From Psammoneis japonica (taxonomy: Eukaryota), in assembly GCA_008632985.1 (NCBI GenBank), contig QPGO01000180.1, positions 35,332 through 99,331 of the forward strand: a stretch of DNA of 64,000 nucleotides. Direction: 5' to 3'. Made by a program: the position numbers and the translations under genes. Shown here piece by piece: positions 36,923 to 50,430 of this stretch; the stretch's first letter is position 1; every line of letters starts with the position of its first letter. The notes under the pieces are model-generated. The model did not search any database. It saw only the letters and a list, made by a program, of their open reading frames with translations, and was not told where the DNA came from.

Positions 36923-39200
36923 ATGCCGCTGTCAACCATGGCGAAGAACCGCCGCTCCGCTGCCAAGCGGCCCGCAACCAACCAACCAGAACACAATAGT
37001 CGTGCTTCAGTCGAGGTACAAAGCGTTCTGCCTCCAAATTGGACTTTTCTGATCCTGAAGAGGACTCACAAAGCCCACGAGAAGCCGAGGAGCCACAGCC
37101 TCAGAAACTTGTCATTCACTTCGACAAAACCGTGTTTGTTCCAAGCAAAAAGGGATCATCCAAAGAACCAAAACCAAAACTCTCCGAATTCAAGTTTGAA
37201 ACTTTGAAGCCGAATCGTCAGTTTGACACAACTGCATCATTCACCGAGGAAATGGTGCCTTTCATCACTGCGCAAATTGAAGCCGATGGTTGCTCCGCTT
37301 ACGACGAGCTTCCCGGCGGTGCGTTCATATTCACGAGACGTACCGGGAGGAAGACTAATTCCAACCGAGCAACGATGAAGGTAGAGGTTGTTGATTCAGA
37401 TGCAAAGTGGTTTGAGAAAATCCATTTGGCAGCTCAAGAGTGTCAAGAGGAGCTGGACGGACCGCTGCATTGCGAAATCGACATTGTTGCTGTGGCAGTG
37501 GAGGCCATTGTAGCTGAGGGTTCCAATGCATCTGGCTTGTCTGTGGATTCTAATCTGTTGGAAGTTCCAAATGCACCAGAGACACCGCTGAAACTTTTGA
37601 CATCTTTCTTGGAGCCTGCTCAGAAAGACCCGAACGACTCTGCTCGTGTCACCTCAAAGACAACTCCGATTTGCGACGTAGAGTACGATCTTTCGCGTTT
37701 CAAGCCAAACGGATCGGTGAGTACAAACCAAGATCTCTCTATGTTCGAACTGCTTTATCTGAACAATCATGCCTGCCACCCATTCTCTTTTGTCATGCAG
37801 AGAAGTGAGGAGGACATGTCTCAGCTCTCGCACTCGGACCGCGATGACGACGACGACGACGAAACGGAGACTTTCACGTTGACAAGGTTTTTTCGTGATG
37901 TGGTCAAGCTTGCTGCATCAAATCCTAAACTGCAGAAGCACTGTGGGTGGGACAAGAGTGCGGTTGGGGAAGACTCTAAGTTGTGGTTCGCAAAGAACCA
38001 CAGCTCGTCCGACCTGCAACTGTTCAACAATGGGGGGGAGGTCATGGAGCACTTTCGTTCAGAAGCAGGTGTCAAAAAACGAATCAAGGTAGTCAAGAAA
38101 GAGAAATGCCTCAAGATCCGTCTCGCGATTGGTCTCATGAACGAACAAGACATCCCTCTCGAGCACGACAAGTTCCACGTGGATCCTCCATCATGCTCAC
38201 AACCTGAATCGCAAGATGGCGAACCCTGTCCAACTTTTTCGCCCAGAACGAAAATTGCACCACAAAGGGAATCGCAGCAGTTGAAAGATGGGCCGGTTGT
38301 CATTTCCACCTTCATTGAAAGTCCACAAGGAGACGCCGAGAGTCCGGTTCAACACGGAATGCTGAAGGAGCATGGGGACATGTTGTTTGCCCATTTTGCA
38401 CATCCTTCACGGTTTAAAGAAGTTGAATCTGCAAAGTTGGAAGATCATCCAGCTGACAAACTCAACAGAATTGTTCTTGGAGACAGGCACAGCATCAAGA
38501 ATTGTGGTGGTGTTCCAATCGAGAAGGGCAAATTCAAGAAGCGACGTGGAAAGTTTGTCACGCTGGCGGAACACAAACATGAGAACCCGGATGAGACGGA
38601 CACAAGAGGAGTGGCAGGAGGAGAGACAGGAGGATTGACAGGAGATGTGGCTGCACTGTCCATTCTTGGTCAATTCTTGTCTAATCAACAATTGTTGCAG
38701 CTGGGCAGAGCGAATGTTCCAGTTGCACCTGCTCCTCAAGCTTCTGCTCCAGCTGCACCGGGACGCCCAACTGAGTTGGTTGTCAAGCTCAAGCAAATGA
38801 AGCACCACAATCGGCAAGACTTTGTTGTTCTCAATGAGGAACAGGCGAACACTGTGATGATCAACGATTTGCTTTCCATGCTTGAAGAAGAGAGCGAACC
38901 ATTTGAGTTAGACCAGCACATTGAAGGCGAAGCGTGTTCAAAATTCTTTCTTCAAGTTGAAGGTGACGATGAACCTGTTTTGATTGGGAAAGACAAAACA
39001 AATTCTTGGTCCATCTCGAAACTCCGGCGAGTTTTCAAATTGAAGGAATCATTTGATTTGTTGGTGGAGTTTGACTCGGCACCAACGAAAGACAAGCCAT
39101 GCTTCCGCTTCAATCGCAAGACACTTTTAGAAGAACAGACATTGGGGACTCATCTTTCACCGGCACAGTGGCGAAATTACTGCTCTAGATGCTGCTCGAG
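36923..39200 (+). CDS. Accessory ORF of unknown function inside the TIR transposon (probably mutated)
   Basis: Long ORF 37039-39333 with a probable in-frame 84-nt intron 37717-37800 (GTGAGT...GCAG); likely ATG 36923 in another frame; true stop uncertain. Confidence 0.6.
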
Positions 39201-39433
39201 ACTGGATGTTTGCCAATCAAGTTGTTGCCACTCAAAACTGGCTAGAGCGTGCCACTCGATGCGATGCGATGACACAAGCAGAGACCACACTAGACTTGAC
39301 TACCCAACAGACCACACGACACAACTGAGCTAGAGACTGGCTAGACTGTGCTGCTCGACACGACACCACTAGAGACTGGACTGTGCTGCAGGAGATGACA
39401 GCACTCGAGATTGGACATTTGCTTCTTGGGCAA

Positions 39434-40579
39434 TCAACCTTGAATGCTCCAATTCTCCATCCCCGGCACCCCGCATTTTCGAAAGTGCTTCGCTGCTATG
39501 TCGGGAGTTGCTGAAAGCAACGCCCCACAGTGCAAGTCTTGCCAATCTGCCTGATGACCCTCAAGTTGTCCATGGCGACGGAGGCATGCTTCGCACACTG
39601 AAAACATTTTTTCAATTGGATTGAGGTCGGGACTGCAGGGTGCAGTGTACAGCAACCTCGCGTTCTTCTTTTTCTCTGTCAATCGTTTGATGCGACGGTC
39701 AAAGTGCGTCGATGCGTCATCCATCACTGCCACCGAATTTTTCTCTCCTTTTTCACAGTCACCCAGCTGTGGTGCCAAATGTGTTTCTGCCCATTCATAA
39801 AATCGGTCTGAGTCCACAGTTCCTGCTGCTCCCCTGACGGTGTCACAAGCTTCAACAACAAACCCATCAATGTTGCAAGCTGCAAGGCATGTGCAGCGCA
39901 CTGCATCCTGGAACCATTTCTTCAAAACAAGGTCTTCGTTGCGCACCCCCCAAGCCCGACGGCGTCTGGCAGCATTCTTGTCTTTGTGTGTCTTGTCGCA
40001 AAAGATCACTTGACATGGGTCGAAAACAAAAAGTGCCAAAGCCACCTTGCACTCATGTCGGAGTCGCTCGTTTCTCTCCCTTGCAACGGCAGCGTGTGTC
40101 TTTAGAGAGCATCCCAATTTGTCATGAAGGGCTCTCCAGACAGTGGACGGATGAAACAGAGTTCCAGTTTCAATGCACAGATCGTGGACAAACTCATCAA
40201 GATCATGCTCAGGATTGCGCTCAAGAATCTTTCGAAGGGCTTCGACGTGCCTTGGACGAAAGTGCCGTCCTCCTTGCCAAGCCCCAGCAGACCGTCTCAA
40301 AAGTCTTTTCCACTCTCGTGACGTGTCGAATGGTGGTTCTCCATAAAAGAGATGGTGCTTGCACCAACGCCGGAGTTGACGTTCGCCAGTGCGAAATGTC
40401 CTTGCGCCCTGCCTCAGCACGGCGGCGAGGCTTGCCGTGCCTGCCATCAGTTGGACCTGATCAACAATGTGTGCAATGGCATCTCTTTGAGTCGTTCGGG
40501 ATGCCTTTCCAAAAGCAAGCCCTGCTGGAGAGAGCAATGTGATGAAAAACGCGAACAAACGGACCAGCTTCATTGCCAT
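39434..40579 (-). pseudogene. IS630/Tc1-like DDE transposase with mutated motifs
   Basis: HTH region (FHPSTVWRAL); IFCDKTH (cf. DET), VMDDASTH (cf. DNA), APCSPDLNPIEKMF (cf. PYSPDLNPIE). Confidence 0.88.
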
Positions 40580-40749
40580 TGTTTCTGATCTTGTGGTGGC
40601 TGTTTCTCAAAATCTAGTGCTCATTTTGTGTGCGATTCTACGTGACTATTGAGAGGAACCCGGAAGGTTGTTGTCGAAGAAAAAAAAAAAAAAAAGAGAA
40701 ACACCTCTCTCTCTCGAACCCTGTGACATTTTTCCCTCAGACAGCAATA

Positions 40750-41950
40750 GAGGACAAATGCTGTGTTTTGGCTCAAGACAGAAAAGTGTTGAAATCTTGT
40801 TCCTGAGACATGTGAACGCTTCGCACATGAAGATGATTGTTGCCAAAATGAGCAACCAAAGGCAAAGCACCACAAGCCAAAAGAGAGGTGCTCCAATGCC
40901 TTGTGTTAAAAAGCAGGCCCTTCGAAGAATTGCAAAGTCGTCAAACGCCACCAGTGCCATTGCTCCCGACCATCCCATGACTGCTCCAAACATGAGGAGG
41001 ATGCTCCCAAGCCGACGGTTGCGATTGACACACGCAAACCAAAATGAGTCCAAGAGGGTTTCAAGTTCCATCCCTTTGTTGTGGGATGCTTTGTGCGTGA
41101 TGGGGATTGTTGCCAAAACAAGCACAAAAGGCAAAGTGCTGCAAGCCAAAAGAGAGGTGCTCCAATGCTTCATGATGAAAAGCAGGCCCTTCGAAGAACT
41201 GCAAAGTCATCAAACACCACTGGCGCCATTGTTCCCAACCATCCCATGGCTGCTCCAAATGTGAGGATGCTCCCAAGCCAATGGCTGTGATTGACGTGCA
41301 CAAACCAAAACGAGTCAGAGAGGGTTTCAAGTTCCATCCCTTCATCACGGGACGCTTGGCACGTGACGAGGATCATCACCAAAATGAGCAACCAAAGGCA
41401 AAGCACTGCAAGCCAAAAGAGAGGTGCTCCAGCAATGCCTCGCAACAAAAAGCAGGCCCTTCGCCAAATTGCAAAATCATCAAACACTGCCAGTGTCATT
41501 GTTCCCGACCACCCCATGACTGCTCCAAACATGAGGATGCTCAAGAACCCCAGCGTGTGCACAAGGGCACGTCCAGCTGCAGTGTTTGGCGTGAAATTTC
41601 CATGACCAACAGTGGTCACAATTGCAAAACAAAAATGTGCCCCAGCTGCAAGATGCACTTCACAAGGCTCGCTGCCAATGCCACTTTGTGTGAGCCTCGA
41701 GGAACGTCATGTTGTCACCACAAAGAGCAACCAATCGAAAGCAATCATGCATCCAAGCATCAAATGCACCATGATGGTGGACTGCAATCATTGTGCAAAA
41801 GTCATTCCATGTGACTTTGTTGAGTTCCATGCAGAGCTGTGATGAACAATTGTCTCGACGCGGTTCTGGCACACCCCCGACCACAACAAGGATGAGACGC
41901 TAGATTGAACACGTCTCACACCCCAACTGCAAGCACAAACAAACAAACGA
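40750..41950 (-). pseudogene. Two-pore-domain K+ channel pseudogene with an internal ~268-bp tandem triplication
   Basis: HFCFAIVTTVGHGNFTPNTAAGRAL (P1, cf. TTVGYG) and SIATVGLG/SITAIGLG (P2); repeat units recur at ~40845, ~41114 and ~41381; frameshifts. Confidence 0.85.
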
Positions 41951-42792
41951 CTCAAATTCACAATCCATGACAGTCCACAATTGTCATGTGTGAGCCATTT
42001 CAGGTGATTGTGTTGAGTCCAAAGTCGAGCTGCTAGCATCATGCACCATCAACGTGCAGTGTGCGGTTCCCACTTCCCGCTGCGTGGTTGCTGAGGACAA
42101 CCCACAATCCACAACTCAATCCACATCACTCACAAAAGCTTCAACGCTTCAAATGATGGAGTGTCAATGCCTTGCTCTGCAACATGACATGACACAAATG
42201 ACTGTGAGCAAGACAAGGGCAGGCATCACCCCCAAAAACATGAAAACACAACATTGCACCACATGGTGCAAGAACACTGCTGAGCACAATGAATTTTCTC
42301 ACCTCAACATCACAATGTGCACATGTCAGTCATGGGATGGGGGTTGTTGGCAGTGTGGAGCCTGTTGTTTTTGAAATGAGCATTGCAGAGACGAGCGCCA
42401 TTTTTGCCGTTGGTGATTTTTGAATTTGTGCTCTTGCATCGTTGGAAAAACAGGGCATGGTCTGACATGCGCAGGGAGAGTTGCAACAAGAAATTCTGCC
42501 CAATTTCCACTTGGCGTGCAGTCTGTCCACACCCAGGCAAAAATCTTGAAATGAAGAAAGGTCCATTGTCCTGCCGGCACTGCACCAAGAAAGATGCAGC
42601 ACAAGTGCATGGGCAGGTGTCCACACATCCACAGTCCACACCACAGTGACTCTGCTGGCCTCATTGCAGAGATCCCCCCCCCTCTTTTGACACAGGCTCA
42701 GTTTTTGACACCCAGTGCCTGTCGTTTGTGACACATGTCACACAGGCAGGCAGGAGGCTTTTTTTTGTCAGGTTGCAAGACCCTTCTTGTGC

Positions 42793-42932
42793 GTGCCACA
42801 TCTCTCATCTCTGCACCATCTGCAAGGTGCTTTTTGCACTGTGAAAACCCTGCTGGGCACTGCCAGTGCTGCCACACCAAAGGGTGTGCCACATCTCTCA
42901 TCTCTGCCCTGTCTGCAAAGTGCTTTTTGCAC
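42793..42932. repeat. Direct repeat pair (~47 bp, period ~93)
   Basis: GTGCCACATCTCTCATCTCTGC...TCTGCAA.GTGCTTTTTGCAC occurs twice. Confidence 0.85.
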
Positions 42933-42937
42933 AGTTG

Positions 42938-44007
42938 AGGTGGTGCAGGCAAAAAGTGGGCCAGATTCCATGCATGCAGAACTTGGCACATTTCTGCACA
43001 AATCACCAAAGTCACCTTGCCAGCCAACTTGAGACATGTTCCAGTGGCACGCCAACCAAAACGTGCACTTCACGAGATTTTTGTGAGGTCTCTGACTGGG
43101 TTTGAACAAGCTTTCCCCACCAAAAGTGTAGATTTGCGCAAATGCAAATGTTTTGCAACACTGACAAGATTCGTGTCAGTGTTGCAATGTCATTGTTTTG
43201 GCACAATCGATGTTTTTTCATTGTTGCGACAAACGAGTTGCAACACAACAAATGATTTTTGCCAAAAATTTTTGAAGATTCATGTGCTGTTGCTGTTTGA
43301 AGGCCAACACAAAATGTTTGTGCACGCATTGTGTGCCACTGGTCTGCTCACACAAAAATTTGTGCAGCACAACTGCTGCTGACATGCAATCGGTGTTGTT
43401 TCCACACAAATGACATGTGCATCGCGGAGACTTGAACGCTGATGAAAAAAATTGTTTGAATGTTCGCACTCTTGCTGAATGTAAAACCCAGAGTGCACAA
43501 GAGTTTTTGTGAACAGCCTTGATGCATGAAGCTCACGCAAATCATGTTCAAAACGGATTGTGTTGTTTTGTCAGGTGTGTCACCTGGGGCTGGAACACGT
43601 CTTGAGCCCTTTCCCGGATGATCACAACTTGGACATTTCACATGACAAAGTGCGCAGACTGCTTGGTTGAACACTGCCCTTCACTTGTTCATTCAGAGAA
43701 GCTGCAAGTTTTCATGCGTTTTTGAAGACACACACTGAGTCCAATCAGAAAGATGCAAAAATCACGACGTTCAAGTTATTTTGCAGAACTGCAGCAAATG
43801 ACTGGCACATGAAAACATGCAGCTTCTCTCAATTTGCAAGTCAAGGGGAGTGCAACCAAACAGTCTGGACACTTTGTCAAGCAAAATGTTCAAATTGCCA
43901 TCATCCATGAGAGGGTTTAAGTTGGTGAGGTGACTTTGGCAATTTGTGCAAAAAATGTGCTGAGTTCTGTGTGCGCAGAATCTGGCCCACTTTTGCACCT
44001 GCCACCT
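42938..44007. mobile_element. Non-autonomous TIR element (MITE-like), ~1.07 kb, ~90-bp degenerate TIRs
   Basis: 42938-43030 (AGGTGG...AAAAGTGGGCCAGATTC...CCAAAGTCACC) is the inverse of 43919-44007; no coding motif inside. Confidence 0.75.
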
Positions 44008-44604
44008 GAAAATCCCGCAGTCAAGGCATCGAGGCCGCAGCAACAAAGTCTCTCACATCACTTGGAACATGTGTTGCAACAACAACTGATGGCATTTGTG
44101 AGCAGAAAAAGTGCACAGCAGCTGCAACAACCGCACTGCTCGAACAAAAAACACATGTCTTCCACTCTTCTTGACTCTTGGAAGTGACACAACAGCATTG
44201 TCATCAAACACCTTTTGGGCATTTGTGCCACTGTCGCCAGTTTCAAAACTGTTGCTTGCGCTCTTTCTTCAAGCCGTTTTTGCGCTGTGTTTGCCAAGAT
44301 GGGCGCCCTGCTCTTCTTCTTTGCTTTGCCAAATGCAGGGTTGTTGCAAGAAGAGCACCCACACTTTGAAAGCAGCATTTTGCCACTGACTGCATCTGCA
44401 AGCTTGGCTCACAGTTTTTAATTGAAGATGCGGCTGCACTGACATCCTCTTTCCCTCCATTTCCATGCTGTGAACAGGAGCCTGTGGCATGAATGGGCAC
44501 CCGTTAAAAACGTTATATCCTCTAAGTGTTGAATTCCGTTCAGATTCCAGCAGATCCAAGATTCCGGGGCAAAAAATCACGTGCAAAGGCCTTTTATTTC
44601 CACC

Positions 44605-46669
44605 ATGGGCAACTGTCTCGACGGCGAAAGCGGCAGCTCCAAACAAAAGAGTGAACAGCTCCGTCGTAGGGAGAGCTTACGTAAGAATGTGATTCGATTC
44701 CAGGACAAGGATCCTTTGCAAAAGTACGAAATCGTCAAGGTGATCGGCGAAGGTTCAATCGGGGCTGTATCTTGTGTTCGAGTCAAAGATGGTGCCGTGG
44801 GCGGAAGCGCGTATAAGAACACAAACGACGGGTGCTTTGGCTTTCTGTTTGGAAAGAAAGATAATAAAATGAACAAGTCAGAGCACGCAAACAAAACTTT
44901 ATACGCAATGAAATCGATTCAGCTTCGGCGTGTGACGGAACAGTTCATCGACGAGCTGAGAAACGAGATTGAACTATTGAGGCACATGGATCACGCGAAC
45001 ATTGTAAAGGCGTATGAAGTTTACGAGCATAGGGGACAAGTTTATGTAATCATGCAATACTGCTCAGGGGGAGACCTGTACGCGAGGAAGCCGTATTCTG
45101 AGAAAGAAGTTGCAAAAATCATTGGCAAGCTGTTATCGGCCATCAAGTACATGCACGACAACGGTATTACCCACCGGGATTTAAAAATTGAGAACGTCAC
45201 GTTCGAAAGCAAACATCCAGAAGCTGAAATACGATTGATTGATTTCGGCTTATCGTGAGTTAGTATGAAAGAAAAGGCGATACTCGATGGAGGAATAGAA
45301 AACTAACAGTGTGTATTGCTTAACTTTCAACTTGAATGCAGAACAAAGTTCCAGCCCGGTCAAAAGCTAACTGAAGGTGTTGGAACAATCTATACAATGT
45401 CGGTGAGTTAACTCAAGCGCGATATCTTTGGCATGGTGTGTGTGCGCACTGACACTCCTATTAAATTTCAAACAGCCGCAAGTGCTTCAAGGAGTATACA
45501 CTTCACAGGCTGATTTGTGGGCGATTGGTGTGATTACCTACATTCTCCTGTCAGGACAGAAACCCTTCTATCACAAGAGAAGGAGGCGTATGATTGATAA
45601 AATCATGAGGTGCAGATATGATTTCGCGAATCCTGTGTGGGATACCATATCGGCTGAGGCCAAGGACTTTGTGTCGTCCTTGATCGAAATTGATCCTCGC
45701 AAGCGACTCAACGCCACACAAGCTCTCGAACACGTATGGCTCAGCAAAGAGTTTAACCTCTCTGACAGGAAGCCGTCGTCGTCGGTAATGAAGAACGTAG
45801 AAAACAACATTTTTACATTCGGTCAAACGAACGAATTGAAGAAACTTGCCCTCTTGGTGAGTCTTCCGTTGCTTACCCATGTTTGACAACTGATTTCATC
45901 TTTCCTCACTCTTGAATGTCGTGCTGTTATTTTGTAGCTTGTGGCTCACAAATCAAGCAATGAGGAAATCATGCAGTTGCGCAGTGCCTTTGATCAGTAT
46001 GATAAGAACAATGACGTAAGTAGGTGGGCTTGGCATTGAACTGAGCATTTTGCGTCGTCATGGATTCTCACTGTCGGTTCGTTGTTCTTTTCCGTAGGGA
46101 GTTGTTACGGAAGAAGAGTTTAAGGAGATCTTAAAGCAGACTGATATGTACAGTGATGATGAGCTGGAAAAAGCTTTTAAAGGCCTTGACACCGATGGCG
46201 ATGGAGTCGTCCTGTACACCGAGTTTATCGCTGCCACGCTCGAAGTTCAAGGACACATTGAGGAAGAACGGATTGCCGACGCTTTCGATCGAATCGACGC
46301 TGACGATTCTGGTTTCATAACTAGACAAAATCTGAAGGACTTATTTGGTACCACGATCGCTCCCGAAAGGATTGACCAAATCATCAGAGAAGCGGATACG
46401 AATCGTGATGGAAAGAGTAAGGGAGAGCTGCGTGTGCGGTCCATCCTTTTTAGAATTCCTGTGATCTCTAACCATGTCTGTTTTCTGATTGCACGTTATT
46501 ACGCACAGTTTCTTTTGAAGAATTTCTTGATGCCTGTCGCAGGGACAACCGAAAGCGTCTTTCAAACATAGACCTAATGGGAGCGTCAGACCATGCGAGC
46601 GAGGCAGAGTTGGTGGACGTGAATGATATAGTAATCCCAGGTGGCAGGCACGAGAATTTAAAGTCGTGA
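44605..46669 (+). CDS. Calcium-dependent protein kinase, multi-exon, MGNC acylation signal
   Basis: IGEGSIG, YAMKSI, MDHANIV, HRDLKIEN, DFGLS; LKKLAL; EF-hands DKNNDG, DTDGDG, DADDSGFIT, DTNRDG; TGA at 46667-69. Confidence 0.92.
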
Positions 46670-46790
46670 AGGAGCTGGCCGGTTATTGCGCTCTCTACTA
46701 TAGTTTTATACCCTAAAAGATTCCCTTTTTTAATCGTTGTGGCAACTCGGTCTAAACAATAACAGTGGGAGTCAGCGCGAACGCGACACT

Positions 46791-49018
<2,228 letters not shown>

Positions 49019-49734
49019 CTTTACAAGGTATATCTCCTACTTCTTGGAAGGCGCTGCAATAACTCTTCCTGAAAATCAAACGCCTCACCATAAAACTCCA
49101 AAACCAGCCGCGGATAGTAGCTTCATGATGCGATGTGTGTCGGGCGGTGAGTCCGCAAAGAGTTTTTCGTAGCCAAGACTCTAAGCCAAGCACGGAGAGG
49201 ACCTCCTTGACTGGACCGAGAGTCACCGCGCGAATGTAGTAGCGAAATGGGTTGAAGGACGGACGACGGACGAGACGAGCGGAAACGTGGCCAGCCCAAG
49301 GGATCCCTCATTGTCTGGCAGGATGGGAGACACCATGGTACTGTCGAGGCGTCTCCAAGGAGATGCCAACGATGAAAATTGAAAGGTGTCTTTCTCCTCC
49401 CTGTCAGTCAATAGAAAATCCCTTGCGCGGTCTGCACTCGCGCAGTCGGGAGTGTCTCGTGCATTGGCGCTGTTGTTGCCACGCCATTTCGGCACTGTCC
49501 TGTGGATGCACCTCCCACCTTTCCCATTAATGTTGACTAAGGTCACACCATTTCGGTGCCATGTCATGTGGGCATTGCTCTAAATCCCGATTGGGTCCGC
49601 TCGCAGCGGGGGCCGCTTCGGCGGCCGAGGATTGCCTCACACTCTGGCCTGTTTTGCCACACCTCTCAATGGTGCCTTTCTCACAAGGAGCACATCCTCA
49701 TACACACGGTCTAAGTGCCATTAAAGTCCCACAT

Positions 49735-49929
49735 GGTTGACGTCTGTCAATCCACCTGTCGACTGCACGCAATCGTGCGCTTCAATTTTCAAATTCCGCC
49801 ATCAAAACTCTGCTCGACATTGCAGTCATAATTTTCAGTCAACGACTTTTGCAACAACAACAGCCACTAGTTTACAACCTTGAGCATCAGCTCTTTCGAC
49901 ATCTGCAGTTGCACATTGGTGTGGCAAGT
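49735..49929 (+). repeat. 5' LTR
   Basis: Ungapped match to 56970-57164 with 14 mismatches by manual alignment. Confidence 0.95.
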
Positions 49930-50430
49930 GGTCATCGAGCCCAAACGCAGTGTGCAGAGTCTTCACCAGAGCTGCACCGATCCACCGCGTTCTCGTCGAA
50001 CGCGACAGTCATCTCAAGCCGTCGATCGTCCGTTTCAAACGGAATCGCCGTTCATCGATTCGACAGACCTCTCCAGTCTATTGACGTCAACACTGTGTGC
50101 AGCTGAGCCTCCCTCCTTCATTGATGGGCTCGCACGCATTTTCCCGCCACCAGAGCCAATCCACGGAGCCGGAATCATCATCGTCAAGCGTCGTCATTTT
50201 GGCCGTTGCGATGCCAAACCCGGATTGAGTCGTTTCGAACTCTCCAAGTCTGTGCCAAGTCAAGACCTGCCTCTCACGCTATTCGACAACGATGCTCTTG
50301 TCACCGATTGATTGTTGAGCTTCTGCGGCAGTCTCCCAATGATGCGGCGTCAAGAACTTCATTTTGCCGTTTGTGCTTCAAACTCTACGTAGCTTCAGCA
50401 CCAAGTTCTACGCATTGATTCAAATCCACC

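Larger units (their letters stand above)
36765..40747. mobile_element. IS630/Tc1-mariner-like DNA transposon, ~3.98 kb, ~140-bp TIRs, TA target-site duplication, two convergent ORFs
   Basis: TA|TTGCTGTTTGAGG...GTCACAGGGTTCGAGAGAG at the left is the inverse of ...CTCGAACCCTGTGAC...CAGACAGCAA|TA at the right; TA at 36763-64 and 40748-49. Confidence 0.92.

Noticed and set aside
37039..39333. Fanzor/TnpB cargo in the Tc1-like element
   Set aside because: No RuvC catalytic motifs or CxxC zinc finger are recognisable, even allowing for mutation.
39180..39410. Short repeats resembling a CRISPR-like array
   Set aside because: Irregular low-complexity repeats with no constant repeat-spacer period, in a eukaryotic context with no cas genes.
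14000..44480. Classical fungal RIP or CpG deamination alone
   Set aside because: RIP increases TpA and CpG decay does not remove it; here TpA is the lost ancestral state.
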